Assembly (NCBI GenBank): GCA_001179505.1
Contig: CDMY01000414.1
Location: forward strand, 19,274 to 83,273
Length of the DNA: 64,000 nt
DNA from: Vitrella brassicaformis CCMP3155
Lineage: Eukaryota > Protista > Chromerida
Direction of reading: 5' to 3'
Numbering within the stretch: the stretch's first letter is position 1; each line of letters opens with the position of its first letter. The notes beneath the pieces are model-generated. The model was not told the DNA's origin. It did not search any database and was given only the letters and a program-made list of their open reading frames with translations. Shown here piece by piece: positions 60,147-64,000 of this stretch. The position numbers and the translations under genes are program-made.

Positions 60147-62053
60147 CTATCTGTCGATCTGTCGGCACATTCCGCCGAACAGCCAGTCGATGAAGCTTCT
60201 TGGCTTCTCTGACTGCCACCCATATGTGGTGGGCTCCATATGATAGATTCCATCTCATCACACGTGAAGTTCATGGTCCGCGCCATTAAGCCGTCGCCGT
60301 TGCCCTGCTGAGTGTACCCCCCCTTGTACCCTTCCGGCAACTGGTCCCTCTTGATCCACAGGTGGCAGCTGCTGAGGTCGGCCGCAGGGCCAGGCTGAGC
60401 GAATCCCAGCCACAGATAGCCGCAAGCGATGCACACATTGGCAAGCGGCTCGTCCATGTCGTTTTTCGACGCCCCCTGTGTGCCGGCCACCCCCACCGTC
60501 TGCCTGTCCTCAGGCAGCTCGATCTTCGTGGGCGCCTCGTACGCGCCGGAGAGCGAAAAGAAGAAGAGGGGCATCTTGTAGCGGTTGGTCTGTTTGGGGT
60601 CGGCCGGCGGGGTGATCTGGCCACCGAGGAAGCAGCCGAATCGGTGCGTGTCGCCATCTCGGAGGGCGAAGAGGAGGCCGCTCTTGCCCGCCACACAGTC
60701 GAGCATCGTGGCATAGGCACTCCCATCACGGCTAGACCTGATCCACACACATACACACGTGCATCCACTGCACCGACGGGACGCACAGCCATTCGTGAGC
60801 GCCCGGCTTACTTGAAGAGCAGCGATGGTCTGCACATGGGCTTCTTTATCATGTCCAGCAGGCTCACCCACTCCTCTGCCGACTTGATGACCCACTCATG
60901 GCCGGCCGGCAGGTCCAAAATGGGCAGTAAGTCAGACCATACATTGTCAAATCTTCTCGAAACAGCTCACGCTCGGCCTCGTCCATCAGCGGGGGGCGGA
61001 TGAGCTGCCCCTTGGGCAGCACCGAAATTCGCCGGGCGAAGTCGACTGTGTTGACGAAGTGCTTGGTGGGGGTCTGACGCACACGACGGTCACCCCAGCA
61101 GGGCGGAGTGCTGCACAACCACACACATACACAGATGTGACCTGCCTTGTCGCTCTCCGTCTGTCGTTTGTGAATGTGTTCACTTTGAGAATCGCGTTAG
61201 CAGGGGATGGTCATTGCCAAGTCGCTGGAGGGTGCGCTTCATGCAGCTCACCTTCCGACCCATCACGTCCAAGCTCAGCACCGCGCTGTCACCTCTGGCG
61301 TCATCCTGACCCTTCATAAACGGCTCCATTGCCGAGAGGAACTTGACCACTTCCTCCCTGCGGCACGTCAGCCGCTTCATGACCTTCTCCAGATCGCTCA
61401 GCGACGTCTGAATGATATCCGCGATGGCCTTCTCGTCACATGCGCCATCGACCGCCTTGGTCGTGGCGGCACCGTGGCGCCTGTGTGTCGGAGCTGAGAA
61501 GGACTGCAGCTCTCGCATGAACAGGGAGTGGTACTCGCTGTAAGTCGGGTCAGCCGCCTTGGAGGGCGGCAGCTCGACACTGCCGGTGCGGTGGGTCTCG
61601 TGGAGTGTCAGCTCGTCCAGAAAGGCCTCGAAGTATGCGGGTGACGCCTCCAGATAGACATGGCCATCAGGATCTCGCGGGAGGCCGTCAGAGAAGTGCA
61701 TCAGCAGGACTGAGATGTATCGCTTGCGCATCAAGGGAAGGAGGAGCGCACGGCGGGACACCGGAAACACCACGCCGCCTGATCAGCCAGCCGATACACA
61801 CACGACAGACAGACCAACACAGACAGTCACATCACGACTCTCATGCTCTCGTCCTCTTCTGCCCTGCCCAGCACTGCACGCCTGCGTTGACGAGCATCTC
61901 TCCTTTGGTCTCCGGGGGATGCGACACGCCGCCTCTCTCAGCAACGAGCCGCGAGGTCACCTCCGTTAACACCGATTTGGCGCTCATGAGTCGCTGAATC
62001 GACGCATCCAAGTCGCCGTCGATGGTCTCGCATCCGCCAAGCAACTCAAGCAT
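60147..62053 (-). pseudogene. BTB-like plus TLDc-like family paralogue 2 with two apparent 1-nt deletions
   Basis: Clear paralogue of 44624-46675 (CVAGKSGLLFALRDGDTHRFGCF, KIELPEDRQTV, PGPAADLSSCH). Homology is restored only by frameshifts near 60926 and near 60250. Confidence 0.7.
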
Positions 62054-62423
62054 CACGACGAACCAAGATGATGACGACGACTGGCTGAATCCAACCGAAG
62101 ATCCTGGTCACACAGGCTGCCAGCTGTCAGCTGCTATGCCGCGGTCAGACGCCTTTCCTCCCACCGCCTTGCTCGTCTGCGAGCTGCGAGCTGAGCTCGT
62201 AAAGGGCAAAGGAGGAAGGAGAAGAAACAGCAACAGCCGTCATCTTCTCCTCTTTCTCTTCCTCCGAACTGCGTGTTCGAAGAGTCTGAGACGTGTTTCG
62301 CCGCGAAAAGTCTTCCCCACGCAAGCCCCACACTGTGAGTCAGTGGGGGAAACCGGCAAGAAGAACCCAAGCGGGGAGTCAGTCAGAGGCAGAGCGGTGA
62401 GGCGACGCTTCACCGACCACGCC

Positions 62424-63855
62424 ATGACCGAGCCATCATCGAGCGCCGCAGCTGCAGCGGCTGCTGGTTCAGCAGGGAACCACGTGGGGTTTCAGCAGCA
62501 GCATGGGGGTGGACCAGGCGCGCCGAGGCGTCCGCCGTCGGAGCTGGTGCTGTCTTCAGAGACCAATGTTGCAGGTGGGGGTGTGTCGAGTGGGGCGGTT
62601 GGGGCGGGTGCAGGGGCAGGGGGAGGCTCAGCGGTGCCAGGGGGACCCGGTGAGGAGGCGAAGAGGGAGGTGCCGAAGAGCAAGAAGAGCGTCATGTGGA
62701 CCGAGGAGGTGCTGCAGCGGTACCAGCAGAGAAACATCTTCCTCCTGCCTCCTAGACCACCAATGCCACAGGTCAGTCAGGCCGGCAGGCCGGGAGGGAG
62801 GGAGGAAGGGAGGGAGACTCCAACAAATGGATGGATGGATAGAAAAGGATGTGTGTGTGTGTGTGTGTGTTCAGACGCCGATGCGTGGAAGGACTTTTCA
62901 GCTGCATACCGGGGGTATGATCCCTCCTGAACTGCACTATGAGTACGACCCCATCATGGGATACCTCACGCCGCCGCACGCGACGCTGCCACAGGTGAGC
63001 GAGTGAGTCGTGAGAGGGTCAGCTAGGCCTTTTCTCTAGAAACACGTGTCTCCTTCTCCCCCCTCTCTCTCTTTCTGTCGTGTGCAGACTCCCATGCGCG
63101 GCCACACGACCACATTTGGCGGCCCCACATCGTTTCAGATAGCGTACCCCACCAACTGGCTGTGGTCCGTTGTGGGGTCGAGAGCGCCGTCCGTCTCAAG
63201 CAACCACTCTTTGCCTTCAGAGGCCGCGTAAGGAAAGAAAGGAAGCAGAGACACACTCATACACAAGGACCGGTTTTGCCTCCCTATGTGTCTCGAACAT
63301 CACGTCAGGAGCTCTCCCTTCTTTCGTGGCTACACCGTGGGCAGCGGCGGGTTCCAGTACCACCCCGCCGCAGTGCCGCCCGCCTACCACCACCTGACGC
63401 CATCACTCCAGTACCTGCACCTGCAGACACACGCCCAACAGATGATGCCGCCCTTCCAGGGACCCCCCTCGCCCCCCTACGCCTACTCGTATGGCCATCA
63501 TGGCCACCACCAGCACCACCAGCAGTATGTGGTGCCGTCGCTGTACGGCAGCCTGCCGGCGCATCTCAACCTGCACGTGGGCGGCCACCGCACCCCGGGC
63601 GGCCCGCACACACACGCACCCGGACACGCGCAGCTGCACCCAGCAGCAGCAGCAGCAGCAGGGTTTCCGCCGGTGCCGTTCCCGGGGTACCAAGGGGGGT
63701 ATCACTACTCGCAGCCCCAGCCGGTGAACACGTATGTGTTCCACCAGCTGGGGCTGATGACGCCCGCCCACGGGGCTGCGTCGGTGGCGACCAGCGGGCC
63801 GTCGAGCCCTGCGAGGGAGAGAAGGCCGAGTGCGCCGAGCGTTTATCGGTATTGA
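62424..63855 (+). CDS. Low-complexity Gly/Pro/His/Tyr-rich hypothetical protein with a KSVxW motif, 4 exons
   Basis: ATG 62424. In-frame GT-AG joins: MPQ|TPMRG, LPQ|TPMRG, EAA|SSPFFRG. Stop at 63855. Confidence 0.65.
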
Positions 63856-64000
63856 TTGCCTGACTGTTGGCTGGATGAATGGATTGATGGATGAATGGCT
63901 TGGCTTGGATTGGCTTGGATTAGCTTGGCTGAATTGCTTGAATGAACTGGTTGAGTGAGTGGGTTGGTGGCGAGATGGGTGCGATGCCATTGGGGGGGGG

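Noticed and set aside
59852-60250. C-terminal extension of ORF 59852..60895 through repeat C, suggesting the repeat is coding
   Set aside because: The read-through exists only because of the frameshift near 60250. Copies B and C differ by indels and a variable hexamer tract, and no domain was recognised.

Overview
Gene-dense, intron-rich, GC-rich eukaryotic DNA with short GT-AG introns full of (GT/CA)n, (GACA)n and (GGAT)n microsatellites. This is inferred to be a chromerid alveolate, most likely Vitrella brassicaformis, based on bipartite plastid leaders, a COWP-like wall protein and recognisable lineage-expanded families. About 24 genes or gene remnants were reconstructed by hand-splicing. 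They are an F-box-like protein (missed by the ORF track), a PhnP-like metallo-beta-lactamase, a Cid1/TUTase-type nucleotidyltransferase, a plastid membrane protein, a Kazal plus serine-protease fusion, an ABCC transporter, a PaO/Tic55-type Rieske oxygenase, two copies of an expanded family, an oocyst-wall-like protein, a stop-interrupted gene, a SAM methyltransferase-like protein, PPIL2, a TSP1/Ig membrane protein, a PQQ-type sugar dehydrogenase with PAN and trefoil modules, two BTB-TLDc paralogues (one frameshifted), CNOT11, uL1, XPD, a YkgJ protein, an intronless bacterial-type phosphatase, a SET protein and a low-complexity KSVxW protein. There are two 300-N gaps. The most unexpected structure is a non-coding repeat of about 240-465 bp present three times. 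Each copy lies in the same orientation, 70-83 bp behind the stop codon of an unrelated gene. Coordinates of multi-exon genes are spans from manual splicing and were not checked against transcripts. No rRNA, tRNA or CRISPR array was recognised.
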